Assembly (NCBI GenBank): GCA_046317875.1
Contig: JBKCVN010000013.1
Span: forward strand, 3,627 to 67,626
Reading direction: 5' to 3'
DNA: 64,000 nucleotides
Source: Alphaproteobacteria bacterium
GTDB lineage: Bacteria > Pseudomonadota > Alphaproteobacteria > UBA7879 > UBA5542
Position numbers and translations under genes: made by a program. Shown here in pieces: positions 8,875 to 19,205 of the stretch (the first letter of the stretch is position 1; every line of letters starts with the position of its first letter). The notes below the pieces were generated by a model. It saw only the letters and a program-made list of their open reading frames with translations. It was not told where the DNA came from and did not search any database.

Positions 8875-10393
8875 CTTTTTCTCTCTCTAGATGCTGGATG
8901 ATCTTTGAAGAAAAAGTATTGGAAAAGTTTAGGGGTATCTGGGGGCATACACCCAATATAACCATAACCAGAAGTAACCCAACAGTCAGGCTCTTTTCCC
9001 GCATATTTAAATCTGATATGCCCCTTATCATGGCTTCAGTAATAACACCAAAAACCACCCTGCGATACAACCAAATAAGGCATATAGCATAAACAAATAG
9101 ACCCAAAGCAACAATCGCACCTTGTCCCACATTAATATTCTGTGCCAAAGTTCCTATGATTAGAAAATTACCTATAAAATAAGGCGTACCAGGTATTCCC
9201 ATCAATCCAAGACACATTATAAAAAACGCAATAGAGAATTGGGGCATCACTTGTCCTATCCCCCCATAAAACTTGATTCGATCGGTATTAAGCCGGGAAT
9301 AAAGCAATCCGGTTACATAAAACGCCGATGGAAAAACAAGACCGTGAATAAAAACATTAATCATCCCTCCGGCAATAGCTACATGCTTTAAAGAAAAAAC
9401 GGCCGCCAGGCCTAAAGAAATTTGAGAAATGCTAAGGTACCCTAGGAAACGTCGCACATATTGCTGAGTATAACCAGCAACGGCTGTATAAATAAAAGAA
9501 ACCATAAACCATCCTTGCAACCATGGCGCAAAAAAGATTAAGGCTTTTGGAAATAAAAAAGGCAAAAACCTTAGCAGACCGTATACGCTCAGCTTTAAAG
9601 CTGTACCTGATACGATCATGGAAATAGTAGAAGACGATTCGGCATAGGCATTAGGAAGCCATGTATGAAAGGGTACCACAGGGACCTTAGTGATAAAAGA
9701 AGCCAAAAACCCTAGAAATAGCCAAATTTCTAAATCAAAAGAGAATGTTTTTTGTGAAATATCTATGAAAGAAAACGTCCCTGTCACTTCGAATATCTTC
9801 AAAAGAGATACTAACAAGAACACAGACCCAACCAAGGTATAAAGAATACTACGAAAAGCCACATTTATTTTATTTTCCACATTGTTCATACCAGCCAAAA
9901 AACAAATGGGAACCAGAACGCTTTCAAAGAAAATATAAAAACTTAGAAGGTTCAAGGAACAAAAAGCCCCTAGAATCAAGGTCTCTAAAATCAGCAACAG
10001 GGAAATAAAAAACTTTAGATTTTTAACTTCTTTATCCCAGGATGCAATAATAGATAAAGGAAAAATAAAAGTTGTTAACAGAACAAAGGGCAAAGACAAA
10101 ACATCTACCCCCACCATGTAATCTAATTTGATGTTTTCAGATATGCTCAGGCGATCTATAAACTGAAACCCCTCTGTTTCGAAAGAAAACAAACAAGCTA
10201 ATAAAAGGTTAATAAAAAAAACGACCCCTGTAACCCATAAGCCCACATAACGGGTATTCATGGAAGAAACGCTTTTATCTACCATAGAAATAAAAAAAGA
10301 CCCCAATACTGGCAAAAAAATTATCAAGGAAAGAATGGGTATACTTTCTAAAATCATCGACCAAACATCATAAATAATAATAACCCTATACAC
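8864..10393 (-). CDS. nuoM: NADH-quinone oxidoreductase subunit M
   Basis: 509 aa. Antiporter-like complex I subunit. Confidence 0.85.
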   Translation of the reverse strand: MYRVIIIYDVWSMILESIPILSLIIFLPVLGSFFISMVDKSVSSMNTRYVGLWVTGVVFFINLLLACLFSFETEGFQFIDRLSISENIKLDYMVGVDVLSLPFVLLTTFIFPLSIIASWDKEVKNLKFFISLLLILETLILGAFCSLNLLSFYIFFESVLVPICFLAGMNNVENKINVAFRSILYTLVGSVFLLVSLLKIFEVTGTFSFIDISQKTFSFDLEIWLFLGFLASFITKVPVVPFHTWLPNAYAESSSTISMIVSGTALKLSVYGLLRFLPFLFPKALIFFAPWLQGWFMVSFIYTAVAGYTQQYVRRFLGYLSISQISLGLAAVFSLKHVAIAGGMINVFIHGLVFPSAFYVTGLLYSRLNTDRIKFYGGIGQVMPQFSIAFFIMCLGLMGIPGTPYFIGNFLIIGTLAQNINVGQGAIVALGLFVYAICLIWLYRRVVFGVITEAMIRGISDLNMREKSLTVGLLLVMVILGVCPQIPLNFSNTFSSKIIQHLEREKDES

Positions 10394-12150
10394 ACAAAAA
10401 GGATAAATAAAACATGGGAAGAAAAGGTTCTTTTTTGGGTGTTTTCAAAAAAATGATGAAGTTTTCTTAATCCAACCAATGTCCCTTGAAAAGCCTGCTC
10501 TTCAATTAGAAAAATGTCTATTTTTTCGGAAACCGATGTGGACAGCCATTTAAAGCTTCCTGTTATGGCCTTTTCGTAAAAGAATTGTAAGTATGCCTGT
10601 CTCGAGAAGAACTCATATATTACCCCTTTCAAAAAACCAGATATTAATTGCTCTCTAAAGAAAAAACCAATCAAAGCCCACCCGGAAACTCCGGCCAATA
10701 AAAATATAGAAGAAAAGAATGTAAAGTTTAGTATATTTAATTGGCGTATTTCTTTTTGCTGAAAAAGAAGAAGAAGACCTACAGAGAACAAGGCTGTTGC
10801 AATTTTTAAAATAACAATATTTTTTGTATTATCTGCGGGCATCATAATAGGGCTCTCTGTTTGATCATATGAACTTTGTTGATTAGAGGGAAAGAAGAAC
10901 AGGATCCAAAAAAATAATTTCCAAATAACAAAGGAACAAAAGGCACATCCGATACCCATCATGACTAGAAAGCTGGGGTAAAACGACACAATTTGGGCAC
11001 TTAAAAAACCTAGAATCCCCCCAAAAGAAAGAGTCCAGAAAAGAACTATACCCAACATTATATTTTTAGAAGCTACCCGGCTGCCTAAGCTTTCCAAAAA
11101 AAACTGACGAGATCCATCCATAGATAAATTTTTATCTAAACCAAAAATAATAATTTGCAACACAGAGAAAACCATAAAAGGATAAAGAAAAATAGATTCA
11201 TTACCAAATGCAGCTGCAATTAATACACCCCCCCATTGGGCCATATTTAAATAGATTAAAAATTTTTTGAGAAGGATCTCTTGAAAAGCCATAAAAATTC
11301 CACAGGCTAAGCTTATAATTCCTCCATATAAAACCACAGACTTCAAACCAGAAGATTCGACAATCCCCCACTTTGATATGATCAAAAAAATGGGCATTCC
11401 AAAAACAAACGAGGACACAATCCCCAAGGATAAGGAGGGGCTTTTATCCACATACATAAACCAGGTATTGGCTCCAAATTGAAAGAGTCTGATATACAAT
11501 GCAGCAAAAAACAAAGGACCGATAAAAGTTCCCCCTATTGATTTCCAATAGGGATCGTCAAAAGAAAGATCCCCCACTTTAAAAAAAGAAATGGCACCAG
11601 CAAAAAACAAAAGAATTGATCCAAATCTATCAAACAAGAAAGCCATAAAAGCGGCTTGATTAGAGGGGCCATCTTCATAAGAAAAGGAGAGAAATAAATA
11701 AGAAAGAATACCAAAAAGTTCCCATCCAATAAAAAAAGAACAAAAATAATTTGAAATGATGGCAACAAAGGAAGCAATTAAAAAAAGATCCAGATAGACA
11801 AAAAATCGAGGAAGAGATTCTGAATTCTCCTGCTTGTCTAGGACCATAAGTATTTTACAAAATAAGTTTATTACCAAACAGATTAAGATATATCTGCCAG
11901 CAGTTAAGTCCATTACCCCACCCCAATAAAGGCTACTACCCTGAAAAGAGAAAAAGCGCACGGTCCAATCCGTCGATAAAACATCTCCTAATGCTAAAAC
12001 TGAAAAAATAAAGGCTAATCCGCCGGTTCCTGCTAAATTGACCAGAGGAAATACGTTTTTTTCCCACACGCTTTTGAAAATGAACGGCGTAACAGAAATT
12101 AGAAAAGGACTAATAAAAAGAATTGGAAGAAAAAAGTTAAGAAATTTCAT
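10354..12150 (-). CDS. nuoL: NADH-quinone oxidoreductase subunit L
   Basis: 598 aa. Antiporter-like subunit with a long C-terminal region. Confidence 0.85.
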   Translation of the reverse strand: MKFLNFFLPILFISPFLISVTPFIFKSVWEKNVFPLVNLAGTGGLAFIFSVLALGDVLSTDWTVRFFSFQGSSLYWGGVMDLTAGRYILICLVINLFCKILMVLDKQENSESLPRFFVYLDLFLIASFVAIISNYFCSFFIGWELFGILSYLFLSFSYEDGPSNQAAFMAFLFDRFGSILLFFAGAISFFKVGDLSFDDPYWKSIGGTFIGPLFFAALYIRLFQFGANTWFMYVDKSPSLSLGIVSSFVFGMPIFLIISKWGIVESSGLKSVVLYGGIISLACGIFMAFQEILLKKFLIYLNMAQWGGVLIAAAFGNESIFLYPFMVFSVLQIIIFGLDKNLSMDGSRQFFLESLGSRVASKNIMLGIVLFWTLSFGGILGFLSAQIVSFYPSFLVMMGIGCAFCSFVIWKLFFWILFFFPSNQQSSYDQTESPIMMPADNTKNIVILKIATALFSVGLLLLFQQKEIRQLNILNFTFFSSIFLLAGVSGWALIGFFFREQLISGFLKGVIYEFFSRQAYLQFFYEKAITGSFKWLSTSVSEKIDIFLIEEQAFQGTLVGLRKLHHFFENTQKRTFSSHVLFILFVCIGLLLFMMFGR

Positions 12151-12475
12151 TTTTTTCTTCTAAGTCCAAAAATGAAATATTTCTTTTTTTGTAAAGATGC
12201 AGCAGCAAAGCCAGTCCGACAACCGTTTTGCATACAAAAGCTGCCAAAAAAAGTAGCGCAAACACATGACCTTTCAAATTTTGGGCATACCCAGAAAGGG
12301 AAATGAATAAGAAAAATCCCGATAAGAATATTATTTCTGCAGACAAAAGCAATACAAGAATTTGCCTCCGATTATTCAACAAACCATATAAACCTACAAA
12401 CAGAAGGAATATAGAAACAGCCAGCCAATGTGCAATAGACACAGATATGATGCGTTCTCCGTAATGGTAAAGCAC
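12137..12475 (-). CDS. nuoK: NADH-quinone oxidoreductase subunit K
   Basis: 112 aa, three-TM protein. First gene of the block, overlapping nuoL. Confidence 0.8.
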   Translation of the reverse strand: MLYHYGERIISVSIAHWLAVSIFLLFVGLYGLLNNRRQILVLLLSAEIIFLSGFFLFISLSGYAQNLKGHVFALLFLAAFVCKTVVGLALLLHLYKKRNISFLDLEEKNEIS

Positions 12476-12713
12476 TACTTACAATTAAAGTACTATATCC
12501 TATTCTTATAATACCGTCTTGCGGATTTTTATTAAAAAGACATGCGATAATTGCATAAGAAAAAAGATCAATAAACCATAGACTTATCTTCAAAAATAAT
12601 TTATCAGATAAATCATAGATCAATGATCTAGCAAGTTCTGGGCGCAACGCTCAGAAGTTTGAGAACTTCGGTTCTCGAATTTTTACGTCTCCTAGACGTA
12701 AAAGCCTCCCTGT

Positions 12714-12745
12714 TAGACTTTGTGAGGCGGGATAAAACCCGCCTC
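12714..12745 (+). terminator. Intrinsic terminator-like hairpin, plus strand (gaggcggg-ataaaa-cccgcctc followed by TTTTTTT)
   Basis: Perfect 8-bp GC-rich stem and a 7-T tract. No plus-strand gene lies upstream. It ends about 35 nt before the nadK start. Confidence 0.6.
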
Positions 12746-12780
12746 ATTTTTTTATTGTAAAGCTTTACGCCTGGATTAAA

Positions 12781-13575
12781 GTGTATTATGAATTTCAGGG
12801 AAACACCATGCTCAAAGCCCATTATATTTCCAATCAAACGCCAAAATCTCAGAAGTATTTGAAACTACTGTTAGAAAAGTTTTCATCTTATCCAATAGAT
12901 AAATGTTCTGTGGTGGTGGTTCTAGGGGGAGATGGTTTTTTGCTGCACACCCTTCATACTCTGCCCCTACCTAAACCCATTTATGGTATTAACTGTGGGG
13001 GATTGGGTTTCTTAATGAATAATGTGGCTTTTAGTGAATTAGACTCTTTAGAACAAATCATAAACCACACCCATACTGTTAAATTGCCATCTCTCGCCGC
13101 TGAAATTCAAACAACGGATCGGTCTATTTCCACAGTACACGCCTTTAACGAAATTTCTTTAAACAGGTCTACGGCTCAGGCTGCCCATATTGCAGTGACT
13201 GTGAATGGTCATCAACAACTAGAAAAACTGATCTGTGATGGGATCTTGGTGGCAACCCCCGCCGGCAGCACCGCTTATAATTATTCTGCCAATGGCCCCA
13301 TTCTTCCCTTAGAAAGCAACGTATTGGCCCTCACCCCTATTTGTCCTTTCCGACCACGCAGGTGGAAAGGAGCCGTTCTAAAGGACACTTCTTGCATAGA
13401 AATAGAAATTCTAGATCCACAAAATCGCTTTGTTTCATTGGTAGCAGACTTCATGGAAACAAAAAATGTTCAAAAAATTAAGATTTTTAAAAGTGCCCAA
13501 AAACAAGTCACTCTTCTTTTTAGCCAAGAGAATAATTTAGAACAAAGAATCTTAAAAGAACAATTCAAAGATTAG
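12781..13575 (+). CDS. nadK: NAD kinase
   Basis: 264 aa. GGDG(F) motif in VVLGGDGFLLHTL. NAD kinase fold signature. Confidence 0.85.
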   Translation: MYYEFQGNTMLKAHYISNQTPKSQKYLKLLLEKFSSYPIDKCSVVVVLGGDGFLLHTLHTLPLPKPIYGINCGGLGFLMNNVAFSELDSLEQIINHTHTVKLPSLAAEIQTTDRSISTVHAFNEISLNRSTAQAAHIAVTVNGHQQLEKLICDGILVATPAGSTAYNYSANGPILPLESNVLALTPICPFRPRRWKGAVLKDTSCIEIEILDPQNRFVSLVADFMETKNVQKIKIFKSAQKQVTLLFSQENNLEQRILKEQFKD

Positions 13576-13616
13576 ATGCTCTTGCACCCAGAAAAAATAT
13601 AACCCATAATCGAACC

Positions 13617-15605
13617 ATGTCTGATTTAATTGAAAAAATGGAAAAAGGCCCCAAAAAATCCCCGGGGCAAGATTATTCTGCAAAGGATATCGAAGTATTA
13701 GAAGGTCTGGAGCCCGTTCGAAGGCGCCCCGGTATGTACATTGGGGGCACGGATGAAAAGGCCCTACATCACCTGGCAGCCGAAGTATTAGATAATGCGA
13801 TGGATGAGGTCGTGGCGTGCTTTGCCAATCGTATAGAGGTCCACCTGAATGCCAAGGGCTATTTGACGATCAAGGATAATGGGCGGGGCATTCCAGTCGA
13901 TCCACATCCGAAATTCCCTAAACAATCTGCTTTAGAGGTGGTCCTCACCACCCTTCACTCCGGGGGTAAATTTTCGGATAAAGTCTACCAAACGTCCGGT
14001 GGCCTTCACGGGGTGGGCATCTCTGTAGTGAACGCCCTCTCTGAGCATTTAATTATTGAAGTGACACGAGATGGAAAAGTGTGGCAACAGCAATACAAAC
14101 AGGGCCACCCCACCACAACCCTGGCGGTTAAAAAAGAAATTACCAAGAAAACAGAGTCCAGTACCGTTATTTCTTTCAAACCAGATCCTGAGATTTTTGA
14201 AAAAAACTCTGACTTTAAAGCATCGACCCTTTATAAAATGGCTCGTTCCCGGGCCTATCTTCACCGAGGAGTAGAAATTTTATGGTCTTGCGATCCCTCG
14301 ATTGCCGGATCAACCCCTGAAAGTGAACGTTTCCATTTTCCTGGCGGCATTTCAAATTTCCTGGAAACCTTATTGGAAAATCGGGACCTCCTTGCACCTA
14401 CTTTTTTTCAAGGTGAAATGACTTTCCCCCAAAAAGAGGGTCGTATTGAATGGGCCATTGCATGGGCACGAAAGGGTGAGGGATCTTTCATTTCTTACTG
14501 TAACACTATTGCCACATCCCTGGGTGGCACCCATGAACAGGGCTTCCGTCATGCCATTTTAAAAGGAATGCGTGAATTTGGGGAATTGGCCAAGAATAAA
14601 AGAGCTGCAAAAATTACTGCAGATGATGTATTTTCCCGCAGTGTCTCCGTTTTATCTTTATTTATAAAAGATCCCCAATTCCAGGGCCAAACCAAAGAAA
14701 AACTGGCCAGCCCAAAAGCCACCAAGTTGGTAGAAATAGCTGTTCGAGACCATTTTGATCACTGGCTCAGCGGCAATCCTGAAATGGCTAATATTTTGCT
14801 GGAATCCATGATTGAGTCTGCTGAAATGAGAGAACGGCAGAAACAAGAACGTGAAGAACTCAGAAAAACTCCCACCCAACGCCTTCGTTTACCCGGCAAA
14901 CTGGCTGACTGCTCGCAACAAACCAAAGAAGGCACCGAACTGTTTTTGGTAGAAGGAGACAGTGCGGGTGGATCGGCAAAAACAGCCCGTGATCGGGCAA
15001 CACAGGCCATTTTGCCCTTGCGCGGCAAAATTCTGAACGTGGCCAATGCCACTTTAGACAAAATGAAAAACAATCAAGAAATCCTGGATATTGAAAAAAC
15101 TCTGGGATGTGGAACACGCAATTCTTATGCTGAAGAAAATCTAAGATATGAAAAAATTATCATCATGACCGACGCCGATGTGGATGGGGCACATATCGCG
15201 TCCCTTCTCATGACCTATTTCTATAAAGAAATGAGACCCCTCATTGAAAATGGGCATCTTTATCTTGCCCAACCCCCCTTGTATCGTGTACACAGCGGAT
15301 CGAAATCTTTTTATGTGCGTGATGACAAAGAAAAAGAACACATTTTAAAAACAGAATTCAAGAATGTTTCCAAGGTTTCCGTTAGCCGATTCAAGGGCTT
15401 GGGCGAAATGGGGGCTGCCCAATTACGGGAAACCACCATGGATAAAAATAAAAGAGCTTTGCTGCAAGTCCAACTGTCAGACATCGAAAATAAAAACTTG
15501 GACGAATTAGAGCTTTTTGTCGAAAATTTGATGGGAAAACGACCAGAAACCCGTTATGACTTCATTCAACACAACGCTGGTTTAGCAAAAAACATTGATA
15601 TCTAA
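13617..15605 (+). CDS. parE: DNA topoisomerase IV subunit B (type IIA topoisomerase B subunit)
   Basis: 662 aa. GHKL ATPase N-terminus and TOPRIM region EGDSAGGSAK...LRGKILNV. Length fits ParE rather than GyrB, which is about 800 aa. Confidence 0.75.
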   Translation: MSDLIEKMEKGPKKSPGQDYSAKDIEVLEGLEPVRRRPGMYIGGTDEKALHHLAAEVLDNAMDEVVACFANRIEVHLNAKGYLTIKDNGRGIPVDPHPKFPKQSALEVVLTTLHSGGKFSDKVYQTSGGLHGVGISVVNALSEHLIIEVTRDGKVWQQQYKQGHPTTTLAVKKEITKKTESSTVISFKPDPEIFEKNSDFKASTLYKMARSRAYLHRGVEILWSCDPSIAGSTPESERFHFPGGISNFLETLLENRDLLAPTFFQGEMTFPQKEGRIEWAIAWARKGEGSFISYCNTIATSLGGTHEQGFRHAILKGMREFGELAKNKRAAKITADDVFSRSVSVLSLFIKDPQFQGQTKEKLASPKATKLVEIAVRDHFDHWLSGNPEMANILLESMIESAEMRERQKQEREELRKTPTQRLRLPGKLADCSQQTKEGTELFLVEGDSAGGSAKTARDRATQAILPLRGKILNVANATLDKMKNNQEILDIEKTLGCGTRNSYAEENLRYEKIIIMTDADVDGAHIASLLMTYFYKEMRPLIENGHLYLAQPPLYRVHSGSKSFYVRDDKEKEHILKTEFKNVSKVSVSRFKGLGEMGAAQLRETTMDKNKRALLQVQLSDIENKNLDELELFVENLMGKRPETRYDFIQHNAGLAKNIDI

Positions 15606-15709
15606 GGGTAAAATCCTATTTTTTTCTTGATCTTCATTTAAAGACAGCGTAAAAACCCTGTATACGTTTTTTTGCCGAATGGCCTTTTATTTATAGGAGA
15701 TATTGTAAA

Positions 15710-16330
15710 GTGAGCGAAATTAGATCTCTGACTCTTGAAACCAGAAATGCACTAGGAACAGGTCCTACACGTGCTTTGCGCCGCACAGGATATGTGCCCG
15801 TTTCTTTATATGGAAAGAAATTATCCCCTAAAAATATGGCTATTGAAGAGCGCGTTCTCGTAAAAGAAATGAAAGAAAAAGGTTTTTGGAGCCACCTTTT
15901 CCAAGTTTCAGTGGATGGTTCTTCCAAAAAAGTACTGATTAAGGGAATCCAAAAGCACCCCGTAAGTGATCGCCCTCTGCACCTAGACCTGATGGCCATT
16001 GATGAAGACAGTCGCGTTCGTGTGGATGTTGCGATTAAAACTTTAAATGAAGAAAAATCTCCCGGTTTGAAGCTAGGCGGACTATTAAACTTGTTGCGCC
16101 ATTCATTGCCTGTCATTTGTTCTCCAGGATCTATTCCTGAATTTATTGAAGTGGACTTAGGAAGTTTGAAAATGGGTGCCTCTGTTCACCTGGCTGATCT
16201 GAAGCTTCCAGCTGGTGTGGAAATTGAACACCCAGAGAAGATTGAAACCATTCTTACGATTGCTCAACCTAAGGTTTCGAGCGGTTCAGATGATTCATCT
16301 GAAACAACGACTGCGGAACCTCAAGCATAA
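15710..16330 (+). CDS. rplY: 50S ribosomal protein L25 / general stress protein Ctc
   Basis: 206 aa. L25/Ctc family with an acidic S/D-rich tail. GTG start. Lies upstream of pth, the conserved order. Confidence 0.8.
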   Translation: MSEIRSLTLETRNALGTGPTRALRRTGYVPVSLYGKKLSPKNMAIEERVLVKEMKEKGFWSHLFQVSVDGSSKKVLIKGIQKHPVSDRPLHLDLMAIDEDSRVRVDVAIKTLNEEKSPGLKLGGLLNLLRHSLPVICSPGSIPEFIEVDLGSLKMGASVHLADLKLPAGVEIEHPEKIETILTIAQPKVSSGSDDSSETTTAEPQA

Positions 16331-16332
16331 AT

Positions 16333-16896
16333 ATGAAACTTATCGTCGCCCTTGGAAACCCGGGGGAAAAATACCTAAAAACCCGGCACAATGCTGGGTT
16401 TTTATTTTTGGATTATTTGGCAGACCACTTCTCATTTCCACCCTACCAAGCCAAATTTAAAGGGGGAGTCACAGAGGGATTGATTGACGGTCACAAGCTT
16501 TATTTTTTAAAGCCCCTAACATTCATGAATCTTTCGGGCCAGTCAGTTGCAGCCATGACACAGTTTTTCAAGATAGCTCCTGAAGATATCTTGGTTATCC
16601 ACGATGATTTAGATATTGAATTGGGCAAAATTCGCCTTAAAATAGGCGGAGGAGCTGGGGGCCACAATGGAGTTAAAAGCATCGAATCTCTAATCGGATC
16701 AGCCCAATTCTGGCGACTGCGTATTGGAATTGATCGCCCCGTTCATAAAGAAGAAGTTTCTTCTTATGTTTTAAATGATTTTCAAAAAAATGAATTAGAC
16801 TTGCTGACTGACTTATATGAAAAAATGGCTTTTCATTTTCCAAAGCTATTAGTAACACCCGATACGTATGTACCATCTGTTCTAGGAGAAAAATAA
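16333..16896 (+). CDS. pth: Peptidyl-tRNA hydrolase
   Basis: 187 aa. N-terminal LIVALGNPGEKYLKTRHNAGF. Confidence 0.9.
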   Translation: MKLIVALGNPGEKYLKTRHNAGFLFLDYLADHFSFPPYQAKFKGGVTEGLIDGHKLYFLKPLTFMNLSGQSVAAMTQFFKIAPEDILVIHDDLDIELGKIRLKIGGGAGGHNGVKSIESLIGSAQFWRLRIGIDRPVHKEEVSSYVLNDFQKNELDLLTDLYEKMAFHFPKLLVTPDTYVPSVLGEK

Positions 16897-17996
16897 TGGG
16901 ATTTAAATGTGGAATTGTGGGTCTGCCCAATGTGGGAAAATCGACCCTTTTTAATGCGCTTACATCAACTGCCAAGGCTGAAGCCGCCAACTATCCTTTT
17001 TGCACCATTGAACCCAACGTGGGCAAAGTAGGTGTGCCAGACGAACGCCTTGATAAAATCGCTGAAATTTCCAAGTCTCAAACCACCATTCCCACCACTC
17101 TCGAATTTGTGGATATTGCAGGCCTTGTAAAAGGCGCCAGCAAAGGGGAAGGATTGGGCAATCAGTTCCTAGGACACATCCGCTCAGTTGATGCGATAAT
17201 TCATGTTCTCCGATGTTTTGAAGACGCCGACATAACACACGTTGAACACAGCATCGACCCCCTTCGTGACAAGGACATCATTGATACCGAATTGATGCTG
17301 GCGGACTTGGCATCCCTTACCAAAAGAAAAGAAGGGTTAGCTAAGAAATTGAAGACCCAAGATAAGGATGCAAAAGAAGAAGATGCAATTTGCAGTAAAC
17401 TTCTGGTAGCCCTGGAACAAGGGCACCCTGCCCGATCGGTTACGTTAAGCGCCGAAGAAAAAACAGTGGCAGATACTCTGGGTTTAATTACGTTAAAACC
17501 CGTATTGTACGTTTGTAATGTGCAAGAATTAGAAGCAGGCACAGGAAATGAACTCAGTCAAAAAGTAGCTGCTCTGGCCGCCCAAGAAAAAGCTTCGGCC
17601 CTGGTAATTTCTGCATCCATCGAGGCTGAAATATCCATACTACCCTCCCGTGAAGAAAAAAAGATGTTTTTGAACGAGCTGGGCCTGACCAAATCGGGAC
17701 TTGATCAAGTAATTGAAAAGGGATACGGCCTTTTGGGGTTAGTAACTTTCTTTACCGCGGGCCCCAAGGAAGCACGAGCCTGGACCACATTCAAAGGAGC
17801 CACGGCCCCTCAAGCCGCCGGATGCATCCATTCCGATTTTGAAAGAGGCTTTATTCGGGCCGAGACCATCGCCTATGATGACTTCATCCTATGCAAAGGG
17901 GAAGCAGGAGCCAAAGAAGCCGGAAAATTCAGACAAGAAGGAAAAGATTATCTGGTTCAAGACGGAGATATTTTTCACTTCCGTTTTAATGTTTAA
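16896..17996 (+). CDS. ychF: Ribosome-binding ATPase YchF
   Basis: 366 aa. G1 motif GIVGLPNVGKSTLFNAL and a TGS domain at the C-terminus. Confidence 0.9.
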   Translation: MGFKCGIVGLPNVGKSTLFNALTSTAKAEAANYPFCTIEPNVGKVGVPDERLDKIAEISKSQTTIPTTLEFVDIAGLVKGASKGEGLGNQFLGHIRSVDAIIHVLRCFEDADITHVEHSIDPLRDKDIIDTELMLADLASLTKRKEGLAKKLKTQDKDAKEEDAICSKLLVALEQGHPARSVTLSAEEKTVADTLGLITLKPVLYVCNVQELEAGTGNELSQKVAALAAQEKASALVISASIEAEISILPSREEKKMFLNELGLTKSGLDQVIEKGYGLLGLVTFFTAGPKEARAWTTFKGATAPQAAGCIHSDFERGFIRAETIAYDDFILCKGEAGAKEAGKFRQEGKDYLVQDGDIFHFRFNV

Positions 17997-18749
17997 TTTG
18001 GAACTATCTAAAACCAACTTTGATTTTTAGATGTGGTTGTGGAGTCATAAAATTCTCGAGGTATTGTAACACGCACGGGTACCATGCCAGGTATACCTTG
18101 CGTGGCAATTCGTTCTCATTTCATTCTGCCAAAAAAATAATAGAATGGGTTCCTCTCCTGCTCACCTGATTAAAAGAACTGTATTGTTATCATATAAAAA
18201 TTGGTATTGATTAATAGTTTTGATGATTTTTAAACATAATTCCCCTACCCCTTTTTTTTAAACGAAACACATGCTTTTGTTATTCATAGACTTTGATAAG
18301 TAGCTTTTAATACCCGACATCAATTACAAAACTGGTTTTTCTACTCTTATTCATCAAATTCCTAGCTTTCTTTAAAAATATCCACCTAGTAAGTATGCGA
18401 AAATTTTTAAATCCCATAGTCACACCCTAAGAGGAGACTTAATTTTCTGAATGGTTGGTTTCAGGCAGTTCTTCTCTGGATAAAAAACACATCAGCATAA
18501 ACTAAAAAATGGTTTTTCAACCATTAAGTTAAGCCTATAAGGGTTTTTACTCACCAAAATATCCACTTTTAGTTGAATCTTTCACGTAAACTCTACTTCA
18601 TTTAAAAGAAAGTTATGCTATTTTAATATAAATAATTTAAAACAAAGGAAGGAGTAAAAGTCATGAAATTACCAGTAATCTTACCATAAAAGAGTTTTAA
18701 ATTTAGACCGAAGAAAATCGGTTTAGTCCTTCATCATTTATATATACTT

Positions 18750-18780
18750 AGCCTGCGTTAAATCGCAGGCATTTTTTATT
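18750..18780 (+). terminator. Orphan intrinsic terminator-like hairpin (gcctgcg-ttaaat-cgcaggc followed by aTTTTTTaTTT)
   Basis: Perfect 7-bp stem and a T tract. It lies in the middle of a 1.2-kb ORF-free spacer, about 750 nt after the ychF stop. Confidence 0.5.
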
Positions 18781-19144
18781 TAAATTTTAGAGAATATATT
18801 TCTAATTTTTTATTAGAAACCGAGATTTCTCAGCCATCAGCAGTGAGGATGCTAAACTATTTTATAATGGAATAATCTTTTTTAGATGAAGCCTCTCTTA
18901 ATAAGACTATCTTTCATTAGCTCTCTCCTCTTGAGCATTTTTAAAACAAATATTACTTTTGAATCAAGTTTGTGAACTATAAAAATATTAGGGATCTAAT
19001 CATCAATAACAGTATCACTATAGGACATTTTTTTAGAACATATAGAAAATATTACAGGCGAGAGGGCTCCCAGATTCTAATTGCTCAATATGCACAGATT
19101 TAAAATGATACGTGAAAAGCTAAACCTAGAAAGTCTCTAAAAAA

Positions 19145-19195
19145 ACCATAAAAAAACCACCCCTTTCTCTTTTCAAAGAAACAGGGTGGCTTTTA
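19145..19195 (-). terminator. Intrinsic terminator of hppA (CCACCC...GGGGTGG stem with U-tract on the minus strand)
   Basis: The hairpin lies immediately 3' of the hppA stop on the minus strand and is followed by TTTTTTTATGGTTTTTTT. Confidence 0.55.
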
Positions 19196-19205
19196 AAAGT
19201 AGGGT

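Noticed and set aside
12372-12837. Two short minus-strand ORFs in the nuoK-nadK intergenic region
   Set aside because: They overlap nuoK and nadK, lack an RBS, and run through the terminator hairpin. They are more likely non-coding leader or sRNA sequence.
18041-18130. Palindromic hairpin cacgcacggg...ggtatacc...gcgtg just after ychF
   Set aside because: No following T-tract, and it is not recognisable as a known RNA motif. Possibly a stability element but unsupported.
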